From the NCBI GenBank assembly GCA_963769025.1, contig CAVYKI010000009.1, positions 128,001-192,000 of the forward strand: DNA of 64,000 nucleotides. The letters are read 5' to 3'. Position 1 is the first letter of the stretch. The number at the start of each line of letters is the position of its first letter. A program made the translations under genes and the position numbers. Below the pieces are notes generated by a model that saw only the letters and a program-made list of their open reading frames with translations, did not search any database and was not told the origin of the DNA. The stretch comes from an uncultured Verrucomicrobiae bacterium. Its GTDB lineage: Bacteria; Verrucomicrobiota; Verrucomicrobiia; Chthoniobacterales; Chthoniobacteraceae. Below, one piece after another: positions 40,407-50,727 of the stretch.

Positions 40407-41606
40407 ATGGCGATGCCCGCGCTCGTTTCTGCGGAAGGGCGTGCTGCGCTCGCCGCGCAGTACCGCGATGCCCTGCTCGGGGATGTGATTCCATTCTGGC
40501 TGCGGCACGGGATGGATGCGGAGCACGGCGGGATCATCACCTCGCTGGATCGCGACGGTACGGTGACGGACACGGACAAGTCGGTCTGGTTCCAGGGACG
40601 CGCGGCATGGATGTTGGCGACGCTCTGCAATACGGTCGGGCAGAGCGGCGAATGGCTCGACGCGGCGAGGAGTTGCATCGGTTTCAGCCGCCGCCACTGC
40701 TTTGCGCCGGACGGGAAAATGTATTTCAGCGTGACGCGCGAAGGCCGTCCTCTCCGGATGCGGCGCTACGTGTTCAGCGAGTCTTTTGCGGCAATCGGGA
40801 ATGCGGCCTATGCGAAGGCGAGCGGCGATGCGCGTGCGGCGGAGGATGCGGTGAAATGCTTCGCGGCCTACCTCCGGTTTTCATTCGAGCCGGGTGCGAT
40901 GCTGCCGAAGTTCGAGCCGACGCGGCCGATGAAGGGAATCGGCGCGCACATGATCGCCATCGCCACCGCGCAGGAATTGCGCGCGAATCTCGGCGATGTC
41001 GCTGTCTCGGGGCGGACTTGCACGGAGTGGATCGATGCGAGCATCGCGGCGATCGAGCGCGATTTTCTAAAGCCGGATCACGCGGCGCTGATGGAAACCG
41101 TCGGTCTGCACGGCGAGATGATCGAACACGCGGATGGGCGCACCCTGAACCCCGGCCACGCCATCGAGTGCGCGTGGTTCCTCATGCACGAGGGAGTGCT
41201 GCGCAAGGAACCGCGGCTCATCCGGCTTGGCACGACCATTCTCGACTGGATGTGGAAGCGTGGGTGGGATGGGGAGCACGGCGGGCTGCTTTACTTCACC
41301 GACCTTCGCGGGCTGCCGGTGCAGGAATACTGGCACGACATGAAATTCTGGTGGCCGCACAACGAGGCCATCATCGCGACGCTGCTCGCGTGGAAGCTCA
41401 CCGGCGAGGCGCGCTACGCGGAGATGCACCGGCTCGTCCACGACTGGAGTTTTACGCATTTTCCCGACGCGGAACATGGGGAGTGGTACGGCTGGCTGCA
41501 GCGCGACGGCAGTGTGTCCTCCCGCGCAAAGGGCAGCATGTGGAAGGGACCGTTCCATTTGCCGCGAAGTCTGTGGTATTGCTGGCGGCTGCTCGCTGCG
41601 GAATAG
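40407..41606 (+). CDS. N-acylglucosamine 2-epimerase (AGE family)
   Basis: DKSVWFQGR, NPGHAIE, KFWWPHNE, KGPFHLPR. Confidence 0.9.
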   Translation: MAMPALVSAEGRAALAAQYRDALLGDVIPFWLRHGMDAEHGGIITSLDRDGTVTDTDKSVWFQGRAAWMLATLCNTVGQSGEWLDAARSCIGFSRRHCFAPDGKMYFSVTREGRPLRMRRYVFSESFAAIGNAAYAKASGDARAAEDAVKCFAAYLRFSFEPGAMLPKFEPTRPMKGIGAHMIAIATAQELRANLGDVAVSGRTCTEWIDASIAAIERDFLKPDHAALMETVGLHGEMIEHADGRTLNPGHAIECAWFLMHEGVLRKEPRLIRLGTTILDWMWKRGWDGEHGGLLYFTDLRGLPVQEYWHDMKFWWPHNEAIIATLLAWKLTGEARYAEMHRLVHDWSFTHFPDAEHGEWYGWLQRDGSVSSRAKGSMWKGPFHLPRSLWYCWRLLAAE

Positions 41607-41613
41607 AAATGCC

Positions 41614-42708
41614 ATGCCCTTCCCGAACTGTCCGGTGACCATGGAAACCCTGTGCGGCCTTGCGCGGTTCGCGCTGTGGGCAGGGTGTCTTTTCGCAGGG
41701 GTTTCCTGCGCGACGCGCAGCGGTGCGGATGAGCCCATGCGCTGGGAAAAGCTTCCGGCGATCCCGGATGCGGAGGGTTTTGCAGGCGCGTTCGCCGGGG
41801 TGAGCAATGGCGTGCTGATCGTGGGCGGCGGGGCAAACATCACGGGGGACAAGTGGGCGGAGCCGCTTCGCAAGCATTGGTATGATTCTGTGTTCGTGCT
41901 GGAAAAGCCCGATGGCATGTGGCGCGGAGGATTCCGGCTCCCTCGTCCGCTCGGGTACGGGGTGTCGGTGACGACGGAGCGCGGCATTGTGTGCATCGGC
42001 GGCAGCGATTCGCAGCGGCACCACGCGGATGTCTTCCGGATCGAGTGGCGGGACGGACGCACCGTGATTACTGCGCTCCCCGCGCTGCCGAAGCCGTGCG
42101 CGAATGCGTGCGGCGCGCTTGTAGGCAATGCGATCTACGTCGCTGGCGGAATCGAAACGCCCGATGCGGCGACTGCGATGAAGACATTTTGGAAGCTCGA
42201 TCTCGCCGCAACCGAACCGCGATGGGAAACACTCGAACCGTGGCCCGGTCCGGAGCGGATGCTCTCAGCGGCCGGAGTCCTCGGGGAGTCGTTCTGCATT
42301 TTCAGCGGGGCAAAGCTGAAGCCCGGCCCGGATGGAAAACCGGTGCGCGAGTTTTTGTCGGACGCGTATCGCTTCACGCCGGGGAAAGGGTGGACGCGCC
42401 TCGCGGACATGCCGCGTGCCGCGGTCGCCGCGCCTTCGCCCGTGCTCACGACTGGCGCTAAGGTCCGCATTTTCACGGGTGATGACGGCACGCTCGTGGA
42501 TTTCACCCCGGTGCGCGAACACCCCGGCTTTCCCCGCGACGTGCTCGAATACGATGCGGCGAGCGACACGTGGAGCAGGGCGGGGGAGGTGCCATTTTCG
42601 CGGGCGACCGCGACCACGGTAATGTGGCACGGGCGGTATGTGATTCCCAATGGCGAGGTGCGACCGCGTGTGCGGACGCCCGAGGTGTGGGCGAACCGGG
42701 TTAAGTGA
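41614..42708 (+). CDS. Kelch-repeat N-acetylneuraminate mutarotase-like protein (NanM-like)
   Basis: Repeated IVGGGAN / CIGG / YVAGG Kelch motifs, C-terminal GEVRPRVRTP; nan context; start uncertain. Confidence 0.78.
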   Translation: MPFPNCPVTMETLCGLARFALWAGCLFAGVSCATRSGADEPMRWEKLPAIPDAEGFAGAFAGVSNGVLIVGGGANITGDKWAEPLRKHWYDSVFVLEKPDGMWRGGFRLPRPLGYGVSVTTERGIVCIGGSDSQRHHADVFRIEWRDGRTVITALPALPKPCANACGALVGNAIYVAGGIETPDAATAMKTFWKLDLAATEPRWETLEPWPGPERMLSAAGVLGESFCIFSGAKLKPGPDGKPVREFLSDAYRFTPGKGWTRLADMPRAAVAAPSPVLTTGAKVRIFTGDDGTLVDFTPVREHPGFPRDVLEYDAASDTWSRAGEVPFSRATATTVMWHGRYVIPNGEVRPRVRTPEVWANRVK

Positions 42709-42829
42709 TGCCTTCGCGTGCCTCGCGCGGGAGTCGGATTGCCGCCGTGGCGCGCCGCCCGGCTGCCCTGCCGGAGATAACGCCATTTCGCGATGGACGC
42801 GCCGAAGCGGCTCCAGCTTTCTTCCAAGC

Positions 42830-43753
42830 ATGAAACTCCAGGACCAGCAGCGTCTCCGCGGACTCGTCGCAGCGACGCACACGCCTTTTCATCCGGACGG
42901 TTCGCTGAACCTTGCCGTCGTCGAACGGCAGGCCGCGCACCTGCTCGCCAACCAGGTCACCACCGTGTTCATCGGGGGCACCACGGGCGAGAGCAGTTCG
43001 CTCCCGCTCGATGAACGCCTCTCGCTCGCACATCGCTGGACGGAAGTGGCGAAGGGCACGCCGTTGCGCATCGTCGTTCACGTCGGGGCAAATTCGATCG
43101 CCGATGCGCGCATCCTCGCAGCGGATGCGGAGAAACTCGGCGCGCCTGCGATCGCCGCGCTCGCGCCGAGCTATTTCAAGCCGCGCTCGCTCGATTCGCT
43201 CATCGCCTGCGCGGCGGAGATCGCCGCCGCCGCGCCTGCGACGCCGTTCTATTTTTACGACATCCCGTCAATGACGGCGGTGAGCTTCCCCATGTGCGAT
43301 TTTCTCGCGCAGGCACCCGTGCGCATTCCGACTTTGGTGGGGCTCAAGTTTACAAATCCCGACCTGATGTCCTTCCAGCTCTGTCTGCACGCGGACGGCG
43401 GTGCGTGGGACGTGCCCTTCGGCTGCGATGAGTTTCTCCTCGCCGCGCTTGCGCTCGGGGCGACCGGCGCGGTGGGCAGCACGTACAATTTCGCCGCGCC
43501 GATCTATCACCGCCTCATGCGCGCATTTGCCGCCGGTGACATGGCGACGGCACGCAAGGAGCAATTCCGCTCGGTGCAACTCGTGCAGCTCCTCGCGGGT
43601 GTCGGCTTCATGGGCGCGGCAAAAGCCGTGATGGGCATGATTGGCGTGAAAGTCGGCCCGGCGCGTCTGCCGAACGGGACGCCGACCACGGAGCAGGTGA
43701 AGAAGCTGCGCGCCGATCTGGAACAACTCGGCTTTTTCGACTGGGTGAAATGA
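42830..43753 (+). CDS. nanA: N-acetylneuraminate lyase (DHDPS family)
   Basis: GGTTGES, YFYDIP, GLKFT (Schiff-base Lys), GAVGSTYN; next to the sialidase and epimerase. Confidence 0.85.
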   Translation: MKLQDQQRLRGLVAATHTPFHPDGSLNLAVVERQAAHLLANQVTTVFIGGTTGESSSLPLDERLSLAHRWTEVAKGTPLRIVVHVGANSIADARILAADAEKLGAPAIAALAPSYFKPRSLDSLIACAAEIAAAAPATPFYFYDIPSMTAVSFPMCDFLAQAPVRIPTLVGLKFTNPDLMSFQLCLHADGGAWDVPFGCDEFLLAALALGATGAVGSTYNFAAPIYHRLMRAFAAGDMATARKEQFRSVQLVQLLAGVGFMGAAKAVMGMIGVKVGPARLPNGTPTTEQVKKLRADLEQLGFFDWVK

Positions 43754-46167
43754 GAGCGTTCCTGCGCTGCCTCACGGTCGTCGTCGCGCTGGTCTGTGCA
43801 GCGGATGCTGCCGGGCCGGATGCCGGGAAAGTGTACGCGTGGTATCGTGCCGAGGGGGTGAAGGCGGACGGTGCAAGTATTGCAGAATGGGGGAATGCGG
43901 CGTCTTCGGGCGCGCCCCGATCGCTCACACGCATGGCGGGCAAGCCGCAGGCGTTGCGTGTGAACACACCCCGAGGCGAGCGGACGGTCGTCCGTCTCGA
44001 TGGCAAATCCGCGCTGTGGCAGCCGGTGAGTTCGTGGGGAACGTTGCCGGGCGCGCGCACCGTCGTGGCATTCGTACGGCTTGCGCCGGATGCTGCGGGC
44101 TTTCTTTTCGATGGCAGCACAAAGTCGGGCAGCGCGCCTGCGCAGCTCGTCGCGGGGAAATGGGAGACGAGTGCGGTTGCGTCGCCGCCCGGAAGGGCCG
44201 GTGGGTGGCAGGTGCAGACGTTTGTCTTTGCAAAACCCGCGGGACCGCTCGGCGGATTCATCCTCGGCGCCAATGTCTCGACCAACGTCGGCCTCGCCTG
44301 CGACGTGGCTGAGGTGCTCGTGTATGATCGCGCTCTCGGCGAAAAGGAAATTGCGGAGGCCGGCGATTACCTCCGGGAAAAGTGGGGCTCTCCGACGGAA
44401 CTTCCACCGGACCGGCAACCGAAGGCCCTGAGCCTGCCCGACGATCCGCGCATTTTTCGCACGACCTTGCGCAAGCATGGGGACGATGGCGTCCACACCT
44501 ATCGCATCCCCGGCCTCGCCACGACGCCGAAGGGGACGCTCATCGCGGTCTTCGACATCCGGCACACGAGCGCGGGGGATCTGCCGGCGGACATCGATGT
44601 CGGCATGATGCGCTCCACCGACGACGGCGCGACATGGAGCGCGATGCAGCGAATCGCAGACTACGACGCGGGCGTGCCCGGTTCGATGGGGAACGGCGTC
44701 GGCGACCCGAGCGTGCTCGTGGATGCAAAGACGGGCACGATTTTCGTCGCTGCGCTCTGGTCGAAAGGCGCGCGAGGCTGGGCGGGCAGCGGACCGGGGC
44801 TCACGCCGGAGGAGACCGCGCAATTCGTCATCGTGAAAAGCACGGACGACGGAGTGACGTGGTCGAAGCCCGTGAACATCACCGAGCAGGTGAAGCAGCC
44901 CGCCTGGCGGATGTGCTTCCAGGGCCCTGGCAACGGCATCCAGACTCGCGACGGCACGCTCGTCTTTCCCGCGCAATACAAGGGCGCGGACAACGTGCCG
45001 CACTCCTGTTTCATCGCGAGCACGGACCACGGTGCGACATGGAAAATTTCCCCCGCTGCCGCGGAAAAACCGCCGACGAGCGAGGCGCAGATCGCGGAAC
45101 TCGCAGACGGATCGCTGCTGCTCTCGATGCGGAACGAAGCGCGCGGCGGCCAGCGCGTGTGGTCGAGGTGGGAGTGGAAAGGCGGCATCTGCGCGGGCAA
45201 ATGGAGTGAGCCGTGGCTCGCAGTCACGGACCCGACCTGCATGGCGAGCCTCATCCGGCATCCGCACGGTGAACTGATTCTCTCCAACCCCAACAATGCC
45301 GCACGCCGCGTCGCGCTCACCGTCCGTTCGAGTGCAGATGGCGGGAAATCCTGGAGCAACGGCAGGCTGCTCGATGCCGGCACGGCGATGTATTCGTGCA
45401 TGACGGTGCTGCGCGACGGACGCATCGGCATCCTCTACGAATCCGGCGACGCTGCGGACCTGGTGTTCGCGCGGTTTCCGATCGAGTGGGTGCTGGAAGG
45501 CGCGAGTTCGCCGGATGTCCCCGAGGCGCGCACGGAGACGACGGGCAAGTTTGGGTGGTGGCCTGCGCGGCACACGGAGAAGGTGGCGCTGTCGAAAATG
45601 GGCGGCGTGGAACTGGCCTTCCTCGGCGATTCCATCACGCACAACTGGGAGAAGGCGGGCGCAGCCACATGGGAGAAATTTTACGCGCAGCGCAAGGCTG
45701 CCAATTACGGATTTGGCGGTGACTCGACGCAGCATGTGCTGTGGCGGATCGAGCACGGCGAATTCGACGGCATCGCACCGAAGGCCATCGTGCTGATGAT
45801 CGGAACGAACAACGCGAGGCACGGAGATTTCACCCCGGTGCAAATCGCGGATGGCATCCGCGCAATCCTCGGCAGGCTCACGCAAAAATGCCCCGGATCG
45901 AAGGTGCTCCTGCTGGCGGTGTTCCCGCGTGGCGCGACCGCCGACGATGCGATGCGACGGAAATGCGGCGAGGTGAATGCACTCCTGCCCGCGCTTGCCG
46001 ACGGGAAGCGCGTGCATTTCCTCGACATCAATTCCTCATTCCTCCGATCCGACGGGACTCTCGCGAAGGACATCATGCCCGATCTGCTCCACCCGAACGC
46101 AAAAGGCTACGAGCTCTGGGCCGAGGCAATGGAACCGAAGCTCAGGCAACTGCTCGGCGGGAAATGA
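43750..46167 (+). CDS. Secreted GH33 sialidase fused to a C-terminal SGNH/GDSL esterase
   Basis: YRIPG motif; Asp boxes STDDGATW, STDDGVTW, STDHGATW, SADGGKSW; C-terminal FLGDSIT, GGD, GTNN, DLLHP. Confidence 0.92.
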   Translation: MRAFLRCLTVVVALVCAADAAGPDAGKVYAWYRAEGVKADGASIAEWGNAASSGAPRSLTRMAGKPQALRVNTPRGERTVVRLDGKSALWQPVSSWGTLPGARTVVAFVRLAPDAAGFLFDGSTKSGSAPAQLVAGKWETSAVASPPGRAGGWQVQTFVFAKPAGPLGGFILGANVSTNVGLACDVAEVLVYDRALGEKEIAEAGDYLREKWGSPTELPPDRQPKALSLPDDPRIFRTTLRKHGDDGVHTYRIPGLATTPKGTLIAVFDIRHTSAGDLPADIDVGMMRSTDDGATWSAMQRIADYDAGVPGSMGNGVGDPSVLVDAKTGTIFVAALWSKGARGWAGSGPGLTPEETAQFVIVKSTDDGVTWSKPVNITEQVKQPAWRMCFQGPGNGIQTRDGTLVFPAQYKGADNVPHSCFIASTDHGATWKISPAAAEKPPTSEAQIAELADGSLLLSMRNEARGGQRVWSRWEWKGGICAGKWSEPWLAVTDPTCMASLIRHPHGELILSNPNNAARRVALTVRSSADGGKSWSNGRLLDAGTAMYSCMTVLRDGRIGILYESGDAADLVFARFPIEWVLEGASSPDVPEARTETTGKFGWWPARHTEKVALSKMGGVELAFLGDSITHNWEKAGAATWEKFYAQRKAANYGFGGDSTQHVLWRIEHGEFDGIAPKAIVLMIGTNNARHGDFTPVQIADGIRAILGRLTQKCPGSKVLLLAVFPRGATADDAMRRKCGEVNALLPALADGKRVHFLDINSSFLRSDGTLAKDIMPDLLHPNAKGYELWAEAMEPKLRQLLGGK

Positions 46168-47057
46168 ACCCTCTGAAACGCATGCTTAGGATTTCTTTCG
46201 CGCTCTGCGCGTGGTCATCCGCAAGTCTCACCGCATTCGCCGCGGAACTGCCCGACGTCGCAACATTGCCCGAGGATGTGAAGGTGCCCGCCATTGCCGG
46301 GGCTGCTCCCGGTGCGGGGCTGCGCGTGCGCGGGACGACCACGGGGTGGGAGGGGACGGCTGTGCATCACACGATCTACCTGCCAGTGAATTGGAAGCCG
46401 GGCGGAAAATATCCGGTGCTCGTCGAGTACATGGGGAATGGCGGATACAAGAACGCATTTGGCGACGTGTGTGATGGGACGGTGGAGGGTGGCAGCCTGG
46501 GCTACGGCATCTCGGGCGGCGCGGACTACATCTGCATCGGCATGCCGTTTGTGAAAGTGGCCGGTGGCCGCAAGGAGAACGCCGCGAATTGGTGGGGCGA
46601 TGCCGATGAGACGGCGGCGTATTGCGTGACGACAGTGCGGGAGGTATGCCGCGATTTTGGCGGCGACGAAAAGGCGGTCGTGCTCTGCGGATTTTCGCGC
46701 GGGTCGATCGCATGCAACTACATCGGCCTCCGCAATGAAACCATCGCTCCGCTCTGGCGCGCATTCATCTGCCACAGTCACTATGATGGCGTGCGGACCA
46801 CATGGCCTTATGCGGACGCCGATCGCGTCTCCGCTCTGGCGCGGCTGCGAAGGCTGGACGGGCGTCCGCAATTCATCAGCCACGAGGGGTCGGTGGATGA
46901 GACGCGGCGACATCTCGATGCGACTGGCGTGCGCGGTGCGTTCGAATTTTCCGCACTGCCTTTTCGCAATCACACTGACCGTTGGGCGCTGCGAGACTGC
47001 GAGCATCGGCGGAAGGTCCGCGCGTGGTTGCACAGCCTCGGTCTCCCTGCTCAGTAG
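46164..47057 (+). CDS. Secreted alpha/beta-hydrolase-like protein
   Basis: Signal peptide, IYLPVNWKPGGKYPVLVEY, GFSRG nucleophile elbow; ATG overlaps the sialidase stop. Confidence 0.7.
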   Translation: MNPLKRMLRISFALCAWSSASLTAFAAELPDVATLPEDVKVPAIAGAAPGAGLRVRGTTTGWEGTAVHHTIYLPVNWKPGGKYPVLVEYMGNGGYKNAFGDVCDGTVEGGSLGYGISGGADYICIGMPFVKVAGGRKENAANWWGDADETAAYCVTTVREVCRDFGGDEKAVVLCGFSRGSIACNYIGLRNETIAPLWRAFICHSHYDGVRTTWPYADADRVSALARLRRLDGRPQFISHEGSVDETRRHLDATGVRGAFEFSALPFRNHTDRWALRDCEHRRKVRAWLHSLGLPAQ

Positions 47058-47439
47058 CGGGTGCTGCTGGAGCGTCGGACCTCGCGGCTGTGCCCGACTG
47101 CGGAGGAGTCCACACCTCTCGCCGCAGCCTCGCAAACCGCACGCGGCGCGATTGGGAATGCAATTGATGGTGAATCTTGTCCAAGCAACGGTGAGCGCGT
47201 TTCGGCGAGGGTGGGCACGGTGCGCCCACGATGGAACAAACAGTAAACTCCAAGCCTGACACCGGCTCTTGCGGCAGGTGCGAGCATTGCCGCTGCGGTG
47301 AAAAGCATGCGGAGGCGCGCTGGAAGGATGCAGCATCCCATGCTGCCCGCGCAACCGGTTCACCCGCCCCTTCCGGCGCGGCGATGCCTGCCTTGGATGA
47401 CGCTGAACACCGTCTCTCCCCGGCGACTGGAGCCGGGCC

Positions 47440-47610
47440 ATGAACGTTCTCGCACTGACCATTTTCGTGGGCCTGCTGCTCGTGGGTTCGTTTGTGATCC
47501 TATGGATCGCGGCGGCATGCGACCCGCGCAGTTTCAACGAGCGTGACGCGCTCATGCCTCTGGAGGCTGACGCTCCCGAGGCGCCTCGTTTGCCAAAAAA
47601 CAAACCATGA
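47440..47610 (+). CDS. ccoS: Small membrane protein, CcoS-like cbb3 assembly factor
   Basis: Manual translation MNVLALTIFVGLLLVGSFVILWIAAA...; the stop overlaps the ccoN start (ATGA). Confidence 0.65.
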   Translation: MNVLALTIFVGLLLVGSFVILWIAAACDPRSFNERDALMPLEADAPEAPRLPKNKP

Positions 47611-49943
47611 GTAACGCACCAGCCGGCGCTTTGCCGGCCACCAAAACCCGCATCGAATACGACGACACGCCCGTCCGCCAGTTCATGATTGCCTCCGTGT
47701 TTTGGGGCATCATCGGAATGCTTGCGGGTGTGCTCATCGCCGCGCAACTCGGGGTGTGGCAGGCGAATTTCAAAACGTCGTGGCTGACCTTTGGGCGTCT
47801 CCGCCCGCTGCATACGAACGCCGTCATATTCGCCTTTGTCGGCAACATGATGTTTGCCGGCATCTACTACTCCACCCAGCGCCTCGTGAAGGCGCGGACG
47901 GCGTCGAAGCTCCTTTCGCAGATCCATTTCTGGGGCTGGCAGCTCATCATCACCGCGGCTGCGATCACGCTCCCGCTCGGTCTGACGCGCGGGAAGGAGT
48001 ACGCGGAGTTGATCTGGCCAATCGACATCGCTGTCGCGGTCATCTGGGTCGTCTTCGCGGCCAACTTCTTCTGGACGCTCGCGCGCCGCAACGAGCCAAG
48101 CCTTTACGTCGCGATCTGGTTCTATATCGCGACCATCGTCACCGTGGCGATGCTCTATATCGTCAACCACCTCTCGATTCCGACGAGTTGGACGCACAGC
48201 TACCCGATTTTCGGCGGCGTGCAGGATGCGCTCGTGCAGTGGTGGTACGGGCACAACGCCGTGGCGTTCTTCCTCACCACTCCGATCCTCGGCATCATGT
48301 ATTACTTCCTGCCGAAGGCGGCGGAGCGGCCCGTGTATTCGTACCGGCTGAGCATCGTTCACTTTTGGTCGCTCGTGTTCATCTACATCTGGGCGGGCCC
48401 GCATCATCTGCTGAACACCTCGCTTCCCGTATGGCTTCAGTCGCTGGGAATGATCTTCTCCCTCATGCTCTGGGCACCGAGTTGGGGTGGCATGCTCAAC
48501 GGCCTGCTCACACTGCGCGGTGCGTGGCACAAGCTCCGCACGGATCACGTGCTGAAGTTTTTCGTCGCCGGCGTGACCTTTTACGGCATGGCGACCTTCG
48601 AGGGACCGCTCATGTCCATCCGCTCGGTGAATGCGCTCTCGCACTACACCGATTGGGGCATCGCGCACGTCCACGGCGGCGCGCTCGGCTGGAACGGATT
48701 CATGGCCGCCGGAATGTTCTACTGGCTCGCTCCGCGGCTCTGGAAAAGGCCGCTGCACTCACCCGCCGCCGCGAACATGCACTTCTGGCTCGGGACCGTG
48801 GGAATCCTCATCTACATGCTGTCGATGTATGTCTCCGGCATCACGCAGGGCCTCATGCTCAGCGCGACGAGGGAAGGCGGGACGGTGCTTACTTATCCGA
48901 ATTTCCTCGATGCAGTGACCTCGACGAAAGTGCTGATGCACGTCCGCGCACTCGGTGGCCTGATGTATCTCGTCGGGTTCGTGATGCTCGCCTGGAACCT
49001 CTGGAAAACAGCGCGCGGCGCGGAAGCGGTGAATGGCAGCACGGAGGTGTACATTCCGGAAAAGGAAAAAGGCATGGGCATCGTGGCTGGATTCCTGAAT
49101 GCGCCGGTCATCTATACCACGTTGCTGTTCGTTTTTGCGGCCGGCTGGGCGGCGTTGCCGGGCGCGGCCGGCGCGCTCTGCATCGTCGGTTTCATCGCGG
49201 CGATGGCGATGATGAGCATGAACTTGGAATTCTCGAAAAATGGCTGGTCCGGCTGGTATGAGCGCCTGCTGGCCAATGCCCTGCCGTTCACGATGCTCAC
49301 CGTGGTTGCGGTTTTCATCGGCGGGCTCGTGCAGATCATCCCGACCGTGATGGTGAACACCGGGAAGAGCATCGAGGGAGTGCGGCAGATTCCCTACACG
49401 CCGCTCGAACTCGCCGGGCGCGACATCTACATCCGCGAAGGCTGCTACACGTGCCACTCGCAGCAAATCCGCACGCTCGTCGGCGACGTCCTCCGCTACG
49501 GCGACTACTCGAAGATCGGCGAATCCATCTACGACCATCCTTACCAGTGGGGATCGAAACGCATCGGTCCCGACCTCGCCCGCCAAGGCGGCAAGTATCC
49601 GAATTCATGGCACTACTTCCACATGCGCGATCCCCGGCAGATCAGTCCCGGTTCGACCATGCCGGCGTATCCGTGGCTTTTCACTGACAGGACCGATACC
49701 GCGGCCCTGCCGAACAAGCTCGCCGTTCAGCGGAGGATAGGCATCCCGTATCCACCGATGACCGATGCGCAAATCCAGCAGGACTGTGAGCGGCAGGCGG
49801 CGGCAATGGTCGCGGATCTCAAGACCGCCGGCGCGGAAATCCCGCCCGACCGCGAGATCGTCGCGCTGATTTCCTATCTTCAAAAGCTCGGCAAGTCCGA
49901 AAAGGCCATCCCTGCCGAGACTCCGAAAACCGCAGTCAGGTAG
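47607..49943 (+). CDS. ccoN: cbb3-type cytochrome c oxidase fused subunits I/II (CcoN-CcoO)
   Basis: FGRLRPLHTN, QWWYGHNAV, WAGPHHL, HVH; C-terminal EGCYTCHSQ, WGSKRIGPDL. Confidence 0.96.
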   Translation: MSNAPAGALPATKTRIEYDDTPVRQFMIASVFWGIIGMLAGVLIAAQLGVWQANFKTSWLTFGRLRPLHTNAVIFAFVGNMMFAGIYYSTQRLVKARTASKLLSQIHFWGWQLIITAAAITLPLGLTRGKEYAELIWPIDIAVAVIWVVFAANFFWTLARRNEPSLYVAIWFYIATIVTVAMLYIVNHLSIPTSWTHSYPIFGGVQDALVQWWYGHNAVAFFLTTPILGIMYYFLPKAAERPVYSYRLSIVHFWSLVFIYIWAGPHHLLNTSLPVWLQSLGMIFSLMLWAPSWGGMLNGLLTLRGAWHKLRTDHVLKFFVAGVTFYGMATFEGPLMSIRSVNALSHYTDWGIAHVHGGALGWNGFMAAGMFYWLAPRLWKRPLHSPAAANMHFWLGTVGILIYMLSMYVSGITQGLMLSATREGGTVLTYPNFLDAVTSTKVLMHVRALGGLMYLVGFVMLAWNLWKTARGAEAVNGSTEVYIPEKEKGMGIVAGFLNAPVIYTTLLFVFAAGWAALPGAAGALCIVGFIAAMAMMSMNLEFSKNGWSGWYERLLANALPFTMLTVVAVFIGGLVQIIPTVMVNTGKSIEGVRQIPYTPLELAGRDIYIREGCYTCHSQQIRTLVGDVLRYGDYSKIGESIYDHPYQWGSKRIGPDLARQGGKYPNSWHYFHMRDPRQISPGSTMPAYPWLFTDRTDTAALPNKLAVQRRIGIPYPPMTDAQIQQDCERQAAAMVADLKTAGAEIPPDREIVALISYLQKLGKSEKAIPAETPKTAVR

Positions 49944-49949
49944 CACGCC

Positions 49950-50117
49950 ATGTTTCACCGCATCATCGTCGAGGAATGGCAGCGGGTGCTCAGCATCATG
50001 AGCATCGCGCTCTTCTTCGCAGTCTTCGTCATCCACTTCATCCGTGTCCGGCGCATCCCGCGCGAAACCATCGCACACATGGAAAAACTCCCGCTCGAAT
50101 ACGACGAACATGAATAG
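49950..50117 (+). CDS. ccoQ: CcoQ-like small subunit
   Basis: Manual translation MFHRIIVEEWQRVLSIMSIALFFAVFVIHF...MEKLPLE; one TM helix; lies between ccoNO and ccoP. Confidence 0.7.
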   Translation: MFHRIIVEEWQRVLSIMSIALFFAVFVIHFIRVRRIPRETIAHMEKLPLEYDEHE

Positions 50118-50727
50118 GCCCGCCGACCAGTCGCCCGACGCGCAGCACGATGGCGAACTGCGTGCGCACAGCTATGACGGCATCCAGGAGTACGACAAGC
50201 GCCTGCCTCGCTGGTGGCTGCTCACCCTGTACGGTGCGATCGCCTTCTCCGTGGTCTACTGGGCCTATTACCACGCGTACAGCTTTGGGACATCGCCTGC
50301 GCTCGCGCTCGAGAAGGAAATGGCGGAGAACGCCGCCAGAGCCGCTCAGAGGTCCGGCATCATCGATGACGAAATGCTGTGGAGACTGAGCCTCAACCCT
50401 CAGGCGTTGTCCGCGGGCAAGACCGTCTTCGACACCACCTGCGCCGCCTGCCACAAGCCCGACATGACGGGCCTCATCGGTCCGAATCTCGTGGACAGGG
50501 AATGGATTCACGGGGGCAAGCCCATGGATTCATTCAAGACGATCGACGAAGGTGTGCTCGCGAAGGGAATGCCCGCGTGGGGGCCGATGCTTGGCCGCCA
50601 GAAAATCAGCGAGGTCGTCGCGTATATCTTTTCGCATCACAAACCCGGCGAGGAGGTGATCATCGTTCCCGGTTGGACGCTGCCTGCCGGCATCGCGCCC
50701 ATTCCCACTCCGGCGCCAGCACGATGA
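50110..50727 (+). CDS. ccoP: cbb3 oxidase subunit III (single-heme CcoP)
   Basis: HSYDGIQEYDKRLPRWW, CAACH, GPNL, GMPAW. Confidence 0.92.
   Translation: MNRPADQSPDAQHDGELRAHSYDGIQEYDKRLPRWWLLTLYGAIAFSVVYWAYYHAYSFGTSPALALEKEMAENAARAAQRSGIIDDEMLWRLSLNPQALSAGKTVFDTTCAACHKPDMTGLIGPNLVDREWIHGGKPMDSFKTIDEGVLAKGMPAWGPMLGRQKISEVVAYIFSHHKPGEEVIIVPGWTLPAGIAPIPTPAPAR

Noticed and set aside
47160..47185. FNR box upstream of the cco operon
   Set aside because: TTGAT is present but the second half-site (ATCAA at N4 spacing) is not matched.
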